Below are positions 1 through 13,888 of a stretch of DNA of 64,000 nucleotides, in pieces. Position numbers and translations under genes: made by a program. The notes beneath the pieces were generated by a model that saw only the letters and a list, made by a program, of their open reading frames with translations, was not told the DNA's origin and ran no database searches. The DNA comes from Geosiphon pyriformis uo1 (taxonomy: Eukaryota > Fungi > Glomeromycota), in NCBI GenBank assembly GCA_016748015.1, contig JAAOMT010000664.1, forward strand, positions 256,715 through 320,714. The letters run 5' to 3'. Within the stretch, counting starts at the first letter, position 1, and the number at the start of each line of letters is the position of its first letter.

Positions 1-920
1 TAGCTGGTAGCCAGTACCTTGCTGGATCTTTGTGTATGCATTTTCTATCTTTATCTACACGAGTTATTCTTACTGCCAATTTTAACGGAGCCCCAAAAAT
101 ATTTATGTTGGCCAAATATTTTTGTGTCACTGTAGAATGTAATAGAGTATTTGATGGACTATCTAGAGCGATTCAAATTATTTATGAAGAAACAATAAAA
201 ATATTGTGCTTTAAAGTTTTTATAGAATATGATTATAATTTTGATCAAAATCATTTTCAAATTCACGTACCTTCTTTCTTTTTCTTCCATCGGTCTACAA
301 CAGCCTCTTTTCCTTTTTTTCCCCAACCAAATCCAGTTTCTTTGGCCATTGAGCCTAACTCGACAGCCATACTTCCCAACTCGGCACCTTTTTCCTCTAC
401 CACTGCTTTCAGGTCGGATATATTCATATCCATTAAACGGGATTTTTGAAGAGCTATCGCGCCAAGACGTTGAATCTTGGTATAGGTGAGAGATTGTAGA
501 GAAGCATTAGAACATGTTTGATGTGACTTGTGAAAATTTGTTTTTGGTTGTTACCATTGTAGCTGATGATGATGAAGTTATTGTCATTGTTGTTGTTGTT
601 GTTGTTGTTGTTGTGGTTATGGGGTTTGATTCTTCATTCCTGATTTTGAGGGATTTTACTGGAGGTTCAAAGTTTGATGCATTATTACTATTATTGACGG
701 TCCCAGAGACCCGCCTAAAACGACGAATACTCCCGCGAACAGAATTAAATCCACTGTTCATTATATTACCATTATTTGCAGAATTAGACGAATTGTGCCC
801 AACTCCTTCCCTTGAGCTGGCTGATAATGGTTTTGTCTTAAAAGAAAGACGTCGTCTAAATGGCTTCGGTGGAGGAACTTCTTGTGATTTGGCACTGTTT
901 TTAGTCTCGAAAGAAGACAT
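1..920 (-). CDS. RhoGAP-domain protein, 5' part (runs off the window); inferred exons 920-555, 475-271, 162-<1
   Basis: Low-complexity N-terminal ORF (507-920). Probable intron GTAACA(554)..AAG(476); an alternative donor at 527 is possible. Clear intron GTACGT(270)..TAG(163). The last exon reads ...NIFGAPLKLAVRITRVDKDRKCIHKDPARYWLPA, matching the FGxPL...W(L/M)PA start of fungal RhoGAP domains. CpG-rich like host genes. Confidence 0.7.
588..612 (+). repeat. (GTT)n microsatellite encoding poly-Thr in the minus-strand gene
   Basis: Direct repeat visible in the sequence; TTTTTTTTTT in the translation. Confidence 0.9.
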
Positions 921-2762
921 TAAGAGAATAAAATCTCAACTGGGTTTTAATCAATATTGTTCTTTTTTTTTTGTGTTTGATATTATAATTAATATGATGA
1001 TGATTATTATTATTATTTAAAAATATTGCAGTTCCAAGGTTTTTTAGGTATAAATTCTGGAGTTTCGCCGATATTATTATACAAACGGAAAATATTCGTC
1101 GTTTAATAAACAAAAAATTCTACACGGGAAGATTTATCTTGTTTAAAAAAAGGGAAAAAGAATGATTAAAACTCCACGAGTTATTTAAATAGATGTAGAA
1201 GAGTTCTTTTAGATTATTGTTTTCTTTTAACAAAGAAATTTTGAGGTTGATTAAAGAAAAACTAAGAAAGACAGTGGGTAAAACTTTTTGAAAAAGGCAA
1301 GAAAAAAGAGTCCTTTCAAGACATTAAAAGACAAGTAAAAAAATTTCACGCAACACTGGGCGTTGTTAACTTTTCGTTCGTTTTTTGTTTAAAAAAAACC
1401 CACTTTCAAAAGTAAAAGATAAATAGAAGTAGGATAATAGTTACAACAGAAATTGAGCAACAGACAGGTAAAGTTTTATTTCAAATAATAATTTCCTACT
1501 TGATGACGTTGCTTCATTTAAAAGTAACCCAAAAGATCCCTTGAATGACTCGTTTATCAACCCTGTGAAGTCGTATATATATATAATGACGGAAAGGGAA
1601 GCAATGATTATACAATATACAATGAAGATGCTGCTACTAACTGCTGCTGATCATGATGTGCAGGAACAGGTTGGGCGGGTAAAAAAACGAAAAAAAAATT
1701 GATTCATAAGAAAACTGGTGCTCAGGAAAGCTCTGTTTCAAATCTTTTTAAATCATTCAACGAACGAGCTAAGAAATGGATTATTTTTCATGATATAAAA
1801 TATACTTTCAACCGGTCTTCTAGTCTTATTGAGATTGGGTTAAAACATTAATAATTCTTTCTAATTCGAATAGAGGTCCCTGCCTATCATTAATCAGTAC
1901 AGACAAATCAGCCTAAAGTCATATATTTGAACAGGTTTTTTCCCCTTAAAAAAAAAACACGGAATCCGTTGTAATGAGACCATCTTATTATTCCTTGTTA
2001 AACCCTTTTTCCTTGTCCAATTCTAGGTGGTGGTTATCCTTTTCTAGTAGGTTTTTTCAAACCAGTTTATTTATAGTCAATGGCTCTGCTATCTTAATTG
2101 TTAATACGCTGTGCAATGCTTGTAGCTTCCACAATTTTTTCCTAGGTTAGTTCTCGAATTTGAATTTACCAACCATTATTAAAGGGTTCAAGCTGTTTTT
2201 ATCTAAAAAGTTATGGCGCAGGAATTCCTCGAAGGTTTATTTCAGTCATACTAAGCCTATTGCTAAAATCAACCACTTTTGGATCGTCGATAATCACGTG
2301 CAAATTGATTTTCAAAAGAACTCGAAATTTTGTAACATTTCTATCGTGTCATTCGATAATAATTTTAAGGTTGTCAAAAAAAAAGATCATGATAGTAAAA
2401 GTGAGGATATTCAAAACAGTATATATAAAAAATATTGGTCGTGTTTTCAATGCCAATCAATTCAAATAATCTACAAATACAACTACATCCAATTGACATA
2501 TGCTTTTTCGCATTGGCCTTTCAAAAAATGAGAAACTCCCGATATGCAAACACAAATATTTTCAATAAAGCAAAGAAAGGGATCTAACAAATAATTATCC
2601 CAATTACGAGTGTTCATCCAATACACTAAATAAAAATGAGAAAAATATCGTCCCGAGTTTCCGGACAGGGATCAATAGAACTTAATGCTTAATTACTTCT
2701 CAGTATATATCGATCCCTTCGAGATATCGCTCCTTTACATTACGATATCTTCATTCAAACAG

Positions 2763-5046
2763 TCAAGCAGGCTCCCAAGATCCTGTTGGATCCCTTGAAT
2801 CATCATCCCTTTCATTTCTCATAACAACAGCTTCTGTTACTATCGTGTTACCAGGCAATATAATAAACGGAGCTATTTTGATATTAACACTTGCACGCGC
2901 AGATGGTTGAACTTCGTTATCATCCTGTTCAATCGGAGGGGGAGCATCATTAGTATGATCATCAAATGGTGGCGGTAGTACGTCATTTACATTCGATGCA
3001 GATGAAGAAGCTGCCATACTACTTCTTATATTACCGATATTTTGATATGTGCCAACAGATCGAGAGGAGGTTGACAATGGATCGTGTGTAGAATTGTTGA
3101 GAGATGACGGAGATGATGCTTGAGATCCCGAGGATGAAGAAGCAACAGATGTACTTATTATTATTCCATCTTCTACACTCGCCGTTTGTGGACGTGAGAT
3201 TATTGTTTGAGAGTTGTCATTTTCTCGACTGGTAGAAGAATTCTCATAATTATCTTCATCCATATCATTTTGACCAGGCATTGAAATAATTGTAACTAAA
3301 GCTTCTGAGTCATTATTAGGTCCTTGTTCTAAACTTGCTCTTGCACTCCTTGTGGCCGTTTCTTCTGCTGAAAAAGCTTCATTTGGACTGTTATCTACGT
3401 TCTCATCTCGTGCGCTTTCGCGCCTCTCCCGTTCCTCTTGTTCCAAAATACTTAATCGAATTGCTTCCATAACCATAAGCTCCTCTAAATCTGTACCCAT
3501 GCTGCGCATTGCTGCAAGGTATCCATACTCGGTTGTTCCGCTTGATCCATTATTACGTCTTGGTGGGGAAGTTGGAGTTCCAACTACTGCTCCCGTACCT
3601 CCTGGACGACCCGCCAATCGTCGGGGGTTATTTGGAGTTGAGCCAGAAGATCTTCGAGCGTTCGGTTGACGTGGTGGAATTGAAGCACGCATGACCAAAT
3701 CAGGTCGAATTGCGTCTAGTTTTGTAAAAAATTCTCAAGCTTAAAAAAGAATTAAAAGGCTTCAAGAATCACCCAAAAAAATAATTACCTGATGTTACTA
3801 CTTCAGGATTTTTATGACTCATGCTTTTCCGCCGAGGCATACCGTCTTGAGGATTAAGAGATGAAGAGGAAGCGAGCAAAGAGTTTGTATTTTGATTTGA
3901 GGATGAAGTAGTCTAAATAATGAGCCAATAAATACGATAATACAAAGATCGAATAATATGTTGTGGTTTTAGTGAATTTGTAAGGGAATAAAGAATAGAA
4001 ATTTTTATTTTTCAGACAATTTTGGTAAACCATTATGCTTGAAAAGATATTAAAGAAAAATTTCAGTAATAAAGAAATAGTGTTCCTAATATCCTGTCTT
4101 TTAACCTACCGCAGAATCACTAGCATTGATGCCCGCACTAAAAGAGGGAGGCTTGTAGCAGACACCGAAATTGGTCTCCACACAAAAAGGACAAACAGCC
4201 GGAGAATTATTAGCCCCCAGGTTACCGTTTTCAGGACGCTTTATTTGCACAAAACATTCTGTACAAATTGGCTGGTCGCAACATCTTGAATGATTGATAT
4301 TTCGTGGATAATACTGAAATAATTAATAAAGAGAGCGTTAATAATTGAAATTGAGAAATTTTAATGAATACGCATCAAGAATTCATGTTAGATTTTTTAT
4401 TCCATTTTCAAATTAAATTCCATCAAATATTTGATGTATTAAACGACTAAAAAAGTCGACTAAATCTCTAAAATCTAATCTTGGTGTAGAACATTCTGAC
4501 CAAAATGTGAAGAATTATATCGTTGAGAACTCAAGTTGATGGCCTCTTGCTGATTTGGATTTATGATGGGAGAATAGAACAACTCCTAGACCATTTGCAA
4601 ATAAAGTGTGTGCAATTATCCTGATGTTGATTTGTAATAAAACTCACCAAGAAACAAATTGGGCATTCTACGGCTCCTCGATATAACTGTGCCTCAAGTG
4701 ACTTCACCGGTATTGGATCTTTTCCTTTAGAAGGTCCCAGGGATGTAGTAGAGGCGTTATTTCTTCTCGAGTCTCTATTGGCGGAAGCATTTGAATCGTT
4801 GCTAAAAGAAGAAGATTTCTTAGTCTCGCCAATCTTCGGGAGATTGTGGGTGGTTAGCGTCACTTCGTCCCAGTTATCGTCATAATCAGATAGACCTTTA
4901 TAAAATGGGGATAACTTTCGCTCAATGATGAGTTTTCTCACAGCTCGATAGTCCCAGTCCTGTGGACCCTTATAAATGCCGTGAGGAACAAGTTGGCCTC
5001 CGTCCACAGTATCTTCGTTTTTCTCCTTGCCAATTGCGTTCCCCAT
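2763..5046 (-). CDS. SIP5: Sip5/GW2-DA2-like RING-type protein, ~559 aa; exons 5046-4648, 4313-4110, 3912-3789, 3715-2763
   Basis: MGN start, DGGxLxPxGxY..QDWD..VRKLIxERKLxPFY motif. The spliced product gives ECPICFL|[26 protein letters not shown]...CPFC, then VVTS|DAIRPD and a UIM-like [15 protein letters not shown]. All three introns are GT..AG and preserve frame. Confidence 0.88.
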
Positions 5047-5749
5047 GGTCAACCACAAAGTGGAGAAAAGTTCTATTAGGTGTGCTTAAAAGAATAGGCC
5101 TGAATTAGATTTAGCTGGCCAGATTTTTACGTTTTCAATAAATAGTCATGCCGAATGATAATGTTTTGAGAAATGAAAGAATAAAAAGTTGGGTAAAAGT
5201 GCCTAATGCTCAAAATAGAAAAAGGGGTTCTTTAAATGTTCCTAATAAAATGGTTTGAAAAGCTGAAAAAAAAGCTGAATCAAAATCGTGGTTGTATAAA
5301 ATACCGAAGAATTTAGTGAATTACTCCTCTGAAAGATAGGAACGAACCTTGGAGTCGTTCCTCAAAAAGTTTGGGAAGGGTAGTTCTAAAATCTTTTCTG
5401 ATTGAACTTTGTTTTGATTGTTGAAAGAGGTGAGTAAAATTGGTTGTTGCAACACTATCTACATGTCAAACATATCTGATATGCAACATATAGTAAAGAC
5501 GATTTTATAAGGTATAAACCCAGCCTTGCAGGGAAAAATACAAGTTTGCCTAAAAGATCATTCTATATATCCTATTACTTTACTATATTACTAATCTATA
5601 CAAAATCAGTCTCCTGGGAGAATATTGTTAACTTGCTTTTGTATTTACGTGACATTTTTTCATTGCGATCAAAACATTTAGAATTTCAGACTGATAATTT
5701 TATAAAATAAATAAAACTTCGGAACAAAAAGATATTGATTTCAATATAA

Positions 5750-8700
5750 GTAATGCATATTTGAGTTGGTTTTCAAATTTTTGTTTACATTGTGAATCTT
5801 ATTTGTTTAGTTGAATTTTTACTCTGTTGAGAAAAAAATACTTGTGATTTTTAATAAAATACAATCATGAAAATATTTAATTTTAATTTTTAAATTGATT
5901 GTTATAAAAAATGGTAAAAACAATATTTTAATAATATTAATCAAATCAAAAAATCAAAAGTTATAATTATTTAAATATTATTAAAAATATTCAAATTTTG
6001 TTTATTATTTAACATTTGAATTGTTATTAATTTTAAATAAATTTATGTGTATTAATTAATCAATATTATTTTTATAAGATATGTAAAAAACTTATGATTT
6101 AGTAAGACAAAAACATTTAAAAAACAAATTGATTAAAATTAAAATATGTAAAAAATTTATAAGGTTTTTTGAATAAAATTTTAACAAATTTTAACTTAAC
6201 AAATAGTTATAAGATACATAATAATTTGGATTAAAAGAAAGTTTTTTTTACTGTTTTATAAAATATTTTATAATTTTTTTTTGTATAAAATCAAAAAACA
6301 TAAAAGTTTAAGTAAATACAAAATTAATATTAAACTAATAACCAAAACTAAAAAAATTAAAATTAAATCTGACTTAATTTTATATTTAACAATTAATATT
6401 TTTGTTAATAATACAATTTGAATAAAAAATAATTAAATAACTATTTAGTATATTTTGAATATTATTAATAAATTAATAATATTTTAATTAATAATAATAA
6501 GACTATAATTGTTTTTATTAACCATAAAATTAAAAAAGTTTTTTATATATTAATAGTTTATTTATTTTTGTAATAAATAAAAAAAATATACAGATATTTT
6601 AGAATTTTTTTTAATTAAAAATTTATTTATTTAAATATTAAGTTTTTATAAATATAATATTAAAAAAAATTATTTTAGCAATTTTTATATTTGTTTTTAA
6701 TAGTTTTATATTTTATAAGACTTAGTTTTGTTTTGTTTTTAGAATATAAATTTCAAATAAGATTTGTTAATAAAAAAAAAAATTAAAATTAAAATTAACT
6801 TGTTAAAAACTTTTTTAATAAGACTATATATTATTTTTTATTAAAACATTTAAGCAATTTAATTCAAAAAAAATAGTTAATATAATAAAATTTACTAGTA
6901 TTAATAGTATTTTTAATAGGTTTTTTAATTATTATATAGTAAATTTACAGATTTTAGATTAAATATTATAAAGTTTTTTAATATTTTATAATTTTTTGAA
7001 CAATTTTTTGGCTGATATAACAATTTTTTTAAAATATAAAATATCTTTTGTTAATAATTTTCTAAATACATTTTATTTTAAAATTTTAATTTTAAATATT
7101 TTAAATCAATTTATTTATATTTAAATAGCTTAATTATTTAAAAAACTTAATATTGTTTTTGTGAATTAATTATTAAATAATTATAGTTTGTATTTTAATT
7201 AAAATAATTTTTGTTATTAAAAAAAACTGAATTTTAAAAGTTTAATTTTTGTATAATTTGTTTTATTTTAAAGTTTATTTTATAAATAAAAATTTATTTT
7301 TTACTTTATTAATATTTATTTAAATTTAATTGGTTTAATATAATTAAAACTAATTTAAATAAAATCTGTTTAAATAAAATCTTAATTTTTATAAATAAAT
7401 TTGTTAAAAACATAAATTTTTTTAATATTATTAGTAGTATATTAATTTATTTTTCAAATTTAAATTTAAATATTAAATTAAATATTTATAATTTAATGTT
7501 ATTAACATTAACTAAATTGTTAATAATAGCTTTAATATTAAAATATATATTAATATTTAGCAGAATTGTAATCTATTTAAACAGTTAAATAACTATAAAT
7601 ACATATCTATTAAAATTATATATACTTATAATTAATTTTTATAATAAATCTTAAATAAAAAAATAATATATAATAATATTTTTAAGAATAAATATTTATT
7701 TATTAAGTAAATTAAAATAAAAAGTTACTTTAATATAATAAATAATAAGTAAACTAATATGTTTATAAATAAAATTATGCTAATATTAAAGAAAATTTTT
7801 TTATAGCTAATAATTAAATAGTATTTAAAAATATTTATTACTTTGTTTAATTTAATAAATTTTATTAATTAGAAAACAAAATATGTTTATTAAATTGGTA
7901 AATAATTTTTTAACAAAAATTTTGAATTTTATAAAAATTATTTTAATATAATATTTAGATAATTATTTAAAATATAGCAGATTTTTATACTTATTTTTTA
8001 AAAACTTTTTACAAAAAATTGTTAATTGTTAAAAAAAACTTTGTTTTTAAGTATAAATAATATTTATTATAATTTAAAAAAAAATTGATTATATTTTTGT
8101 ATATGTTTTTAATTTTATTACAAAAATAATTATTATAGTAAATAGATTGTTTTATTAAATAAATTATTTATAAGTTGATTTATTTTTTTGTTATTATATA
8201 ATACAATTATTAAAAATTATGTTTTTAAAAATTGGTTTTTTAAATTACTTTTAATATTTAAAAATATAATTAAAATTAGCTTTTATATTATAAATTTTGT
8301 TTAAAAGTTGGTCATATATTATAAGATAAATATTTGGTTATTAAATTAAATTAAAAATTAAGTATAAAAAAAATTTAATTGTTAATAATAATTTAAGTTT
8401 AATTAATATATATAATTTAATATTTGCTTTATAAAATTTTAATTATAATTTAAATTTTTTAATAATTTTTATAAATTTATAATATAATTTTAATTGGTTT
8501 AAATAATTAATTATATATAAAAAATATAAATTATACTTATTTATAATTGTATTATAGTAAATAATAATTGAATTATATTTAAATAAAAAATAGCCAAACA
8601 ATTATTTAATATATTTTGAATATTACAAATAAGTTTATTATAATTAATAATATTTTTATTAACTAATAAATTATTGGTTTTTTTTATATATTAATAGATT

Positions 8701-10400
8701 ATTAATTTTTATTGTTAAAAAAAAGAAATTTTACAAATATTTAAATATTTTTTGTTTATAAATAATTTATTTAAGATTAGTTTAATTAAAACATATTTAA
8801 ATATTAAATATAGTTTTAAGTAAAACAAATAATTTTTTTATTTAATATTAACTATTCTGTAATCTATTGTTAATTTTAAATTTTAAATTTTAAATTTTAA
8901 ATTAATTTTGTGTTTAAGAATATATGTTATAAGTAAAATGTTTTAATTAAAAAATTTTATACTTTTTTTATATAATATTATAAATAGTTATATTAATAGT
9001 TATTTTATAAATTGGTATTTTTAATTTTAATTATAAATATAAAAATTTTAAATTATTTAAAAATGTTTTAAATATGAAGTTTTTTATATAACAAACAAAA
9101 ATTTAATGATAATAACAAATAATACTATTATAAATTAGAATAATAAGTTAATAAATAATAAAAAAAACAAAATCATATAATAATAAAATTAATTAAAGAA
9201 TAATTCAACTTTAAAATACAAATTAAATTAAAAAAAATTCAATATATAAAATTAGTTTGTTTTAGTAAATATATATTATAAGTAGAATGTTATAATTAAA
9301 AAAAATCTTAAGATAAAAGCCAAATTGCTTTAAGATTTTTTTAATAAAGTATTATATTATCTTTTTTTATATAATTTAAAGCCCATTTAAACAAATTTAA
9401 ACTAAAAAAAAATTGGCTTTTTTGGTTGTTTTTTTAAATATTATAAGTATTCTTAAATGTTTTTTTAATTACAAATTTTTGAATTTACAAGTTCTAAAAT
9501 AAATTTTATTAAATTTTTTGCAGTATTTTGTCAAGTTATAAATTAGTTTTATGAACAACTTTTTAGCTAATATAATTAAGATTTTTTTGATTAATAGTTT
9601 GTTTTTATTAAACAATTTATTTAGTATATTCTACAATCTTAGCAAATTTTTTATATCAAAAATTCTAAAAAAATTTTTATACTATAACTTTGTCTGTTCT
9701 TTGAAACAGTTTAAAGTCATATTTAATAATAAACTTTTAAATAAAAAAGACAATATTATGAATTAGAAAATATTTTACTAATAAAAAAATCAAATCTAAA
9801 AAAGTTTGTGTTTTTATAGTTCAAATTAGTATTAAAATTTCTGTACAAAAACAATTTTTTAGTATTTGGTTCTTGTTAAATTAATGGCTTGTATAGTTTG
9901 AATGTTTTAGATTCTAAAAAATTTGTTAATATGCAAAAGAAATTACATAAAATTTGATCAGATGTTATTAAAGTATATACTAATAATTATCTAAAAAATT
10001 TTGATTTTGTTAAAGTTATTTATAAAATTATTGCTTATTTTTTAGCCATTAATGTGGATATAAATATTAAAATTCAATAACTTTTATCTTTTATAATGGC
10101 CAAATTAAAGATCATTATTTTGTTTTTGAAATATGTTTTAGTTTTTTGTGTTATAACTTTGTATTTGAATAGCCAGACTGTTATTAATACTTGTATTTCT
10201 GGATTCAACTTTGTTATACTTAATTTTCAAAATCAATGTTGAGTTAAAAGAAAACATATTATAAATTTAATTAAAAATAAAAATTTTTTAATTAAATAAA
10301 TAAAAGTTAAAGATTATTTAAGAATATTGAATAATAACAAAACAAATTTGTTGACAAGTGAAACTACTCTTTTTTCTTTGTTTTTGTTAAGTAAAATACA
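5750..10400. other. Extremely AT-rich, CpG-poor tract of heavily decayed repeat remnants (family unassigned)
   Basis: Abrupt loss of G/C after ~5.7 kb, no credible ORFs, and A-tail-like ends near 6770 and 8950. Confidence 0.5.
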
Positions 10401-10828
10401 TGAACATTTTATTGTAATTAAAAATATAACTATGTTTAATAATACTTGTTACTTTGTTTACAATATATATAAATCTATTTGTTATATTTGCTAAAAAACT
10501 GGTCTTAGTTATAATATAATTTTTTGCTTATTAATATAGAATGTAAACTGGTTATTAATTACATAAATTTAATATTTTGATTTGCATATACTGTTTAAAT
10601 TTACTAATAAAAAGTTAGCCAATTTGCATATATATCTAATAAAAGCTATATACAAAAAACTTTCAGTTATAATTAGAAAAAGATTGTATAATAAAGTTTA
10701 TTTAAATGTCTTGTGTTTATTATATAATAATATAAAATTGCCAAATTATGTGTTTATTTGTCCAAGAAATTTTGATGTTCATAAAAAAATTCTAAAAAAC
10801 TTTCTAAATAGTAAATATTTATATCTGT

Positions 10829-11694
10829 TATTACTCATAAAAAAAATGTATAAAGGAAAATAGTAGAAAAAATAGATAGACCAATAGAAGAGTAGTAGTT
10901 AGCATGTGAGCACATTGCTTAACAATGTAGAACAATGTTAGAAATTATGGCATATTGTTTAACAATATAGAACAATGTTAGAAAATTAGGACACATTGCT
11001 CAACAATATAAGTATTGCTCAAGAAATTATAACACATTGCTTGAGAATGTAAAGCAATTTCATAAAACCTAAATTATGTATATATAGCAAGAATATTAGA
11101 AGCAGAAAAGACAAATTCATTACCAATATCTCTTTATTACCATATCTCTAATAGAATTATCAATATTAATAAATAATTATTCACTATTTTAATCAATTTT
11201 CCCACTATTAACACTTCATGTTGATAGTATTAAATACTTAATCATGCTAAAACAATAGCTCTTGATTACAGCTATTGATGGAATACTAACTTTAATTGCC
11301 TTGGCTTATTTTTTTTATTCTCTTTATTTCTTTTCTTTCTTCTATTTTTTCTTTTATTGTTATATACTAATTGATTAAAAGATTAAGCATTGGTAAAAAA
11401 CCCAGAAATAAGAGTAGATACTCAGATTTGAGGATAGCTTACCAGAAGATTTCCAGCCATTATACTGAGAAAAAAATTGACAGAATTGTGATTCTAGAAA
11501 GTAATAGACAACAAATATCTTAATCTGTAGGTTGATACTTAAAGCAATACAAAAAAAAAACCATACTTGAATCTCTGTCTATTATACAAAAAACTTCAAC
11601 CAAAATCTTCAGATATTAACTACAAGATCAGCCATTAAGCACCAAGTTATAGGTTTGTTATTTGATTAAAAACTCCAAATAATTACCTGTAACA
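10829..11694 (+). repeat. 5' LTR of A
   Basis: TATTACTCATAA (decayed TGTTAC) to CCTGTAACA; matches the LTR starting at 38137. Confidence 0.9.
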
Positions 11695-11696
11695 TT

Positions 11697-11713
11697 TGGT
11701 GCTCTCTGTAAGA
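11697..11713 (+). promoter_or_regulatory. Primer-binding site of A (TGGTGCTCTCTGTAAG)
   Basis: TGG 2 nt after the LTR. The same motif follows the 5' LTRs of C, D, F and G. Confidence 0.85.
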
Positions 11714-13087
11714 TATAATTCTACAGAGAACCAGCACTAACAACAACTATTTAAAAGTAGAAGAATCAGAAAAAATAAGAACAAACCATTTAGAATTTGC
11801 CAAATCCTTATTTTAATACTACTGTCAACACTTAAGATTAATCAACAATTACTTATCAGCAGAATCTGTCTTCAATTTCTATGTCAACAAAAAAATCTTA
11901 TATTTACTAGAAGTACCAATAAAAACCAACTCAGCAAGAGGAAATTTTTACAATAAATTAATTCAAAATACCAGCCTACTAGTAAATTATAACTTCATAG
12001 CAATTCTTACTGAAATTAATAAAGAAATTGAAAATTACACTCAACAAAGATACCCAATCACTTACATAAACAAAGGCAAAAAAAAACTACAAACATTAGC
12101 AGTAACACCTCAAAAAATACAACCACCCACTTGGAAAAAAACAAAACTTGAGTTACCAACCAATCTATCATACCACTATATATCTGGAAGTGCTATCAAC
12201 AACTCATCAGCAGATGTGTTCACATCAAACATGAAAACACCATTGGCATAGATACTATTTCAAAGTAAATAATCAAAAACTGATCTATTAGGAACCTATG
12301 ACAAATATTTTGAGAGATTTAAATTGTGATTATCAATACCATCAGGATTTTGATCACTACCACCTCTACCAGATTTTAGAACTGTGAGTTTTTGGGAAGT
12401 AACTGAATTAGAAGAAAAAGAAGATAACAATTAAGAATTTAATTATCAAAACCCAATTGTAGAAAACTCAGAAGTTGAAATTCTAAATATTCAAATTTTA
12501 GAAAATTAGAACAATCCAAACTCCAACATAATTAATCAGCAGCATTTACCTTCAGTAATTATAATCAATTAGCCACCAATTGAACTGATTGCCAAACCAA
12601 TTTAACAGCTACAAGTATTACCTTAATAACAACTACAACAGCCATCTCAACAATTATTAATTGCACCAATAATATTTGCTCCAATTACCAAACTCAAGAA
12701 ATTTACTAGTAAAAAGAATAACACTTAAATATGACTTAACAATATAAAAAAAGTTATTACTACCAATAGATAGAACAATGCCAGAGTTTTCTAAGCCATT
12801 CCATATTTTTTACAGGATATGGTCAATTTCTGGTATTAGAGTTTGGTCTAAAAATCTCAAACTTTTGATATGTTCAAACAAAAATTTCTAAGATATTTTA
12901 ATAATAATAATAGCATTAACTGCCTAGCTAATACATTCACCATTATTAAACAAGAAGCCACCAAAGCAGTTATTACTTATTTGAAATGCTTTCACAAAAA
13001 TCTATGCTAAATTCAGACAATACAGACTGATTACTTCATCATGCTGCAAATCTTGAATCAATTCATTAGAGGCCTGTACAATAGTAT

Positions 13088-13836
13088 TGTTATAGTTAAG
13101 ACCTATATTTCTTATTAATTATTACATGTATTAGCCACTGATGTCATATGATTAGCCACACTATTTTTAGAAAGTGATCATTGACCTGATCAATAACCTG
13201 ACCATTGACCTGACTGTTGACCTGATTATTAATCTGATCAATAACCTGATCATTGACCTGATTATTAATCTGATCAATAACCTGATCATTGACCTGATTA
13301 TTGACCACTTTTGACAGCTATATAAGCAATGAATCTTTTAGCTGTAGAAAAGCATGTAATAACAAGCATCTGAATAATTAAGAATAAATAAAATAACAAC
13401 TTTCATCTCAATCCTTCTCTTATCACTAATTTCTCTTTCCCTACCTTTAAGTATCTGAACATCTTAAAGATAAAAGATTACTTGTTGGCCTTTTCCTGAC
13501 ATATATAATTGTAGCATTTGAAGATTATTTGAATAAATGTGACTGAAAAGCACAAGTTGATACCTGATATTGAATTCTAAGAGTGCCGACATAAGGCATA
13601 GAATTATACTAGTGGTAATCAATTGTTGACAGTATGGACTATCTCTCTACCTTCAGATTCCCCAGTTATCTTTGAAAAGAATAGTGACTGAGATATTTTA
13701 TGAGACTGATCTTGCACATTGAATCCATACTCATTCAATTTACTCTTTAAAGTTGAAATTCCCTTTGATTATTTCCATTACCCTACAATCCTGTTCTTCC
13801 TTACTATCCATTAGCTTGTTACTCCAACCCATAACA
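13088..13836 (+). repeat. 5' LTR of B
   Basis: Aligns with 20160-20788 apart from an extra 120 bp of tandem repeat. Confidence 0.93.
13175..13306 (+). repeat. 11 x 12-bp tandem repeat (consensus TGATCATTGACC) in B's U3
   Basis: Units counted directly. Confidence 0.9.
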
Positions 13837-13888
13837 TAAAAGTGGTGTTTTCTGTGAGGTTGTCAAAATCCACTTTGTTTCTTATTGT

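Noticed and set aside
30-1113. Plus-strand ORFs 30-449, 229-489 and 514-1020, and ORF 901-1113
   Set aside because: Shadow frames of the spliced minus-strand RhoGAP gene and its upstream region.
2160-2531. 123-aa intergenic ORF
   Set aside because: TTG start, no recognisable motif, and it lies in the 3' flank of the Sip5-like gene.
13175-13306. Regular short repeats suggesting a CRISPR array
   Set aside because: Head-to-tail 12-mers with no unique spacers, inside a eukaryotic LTR.
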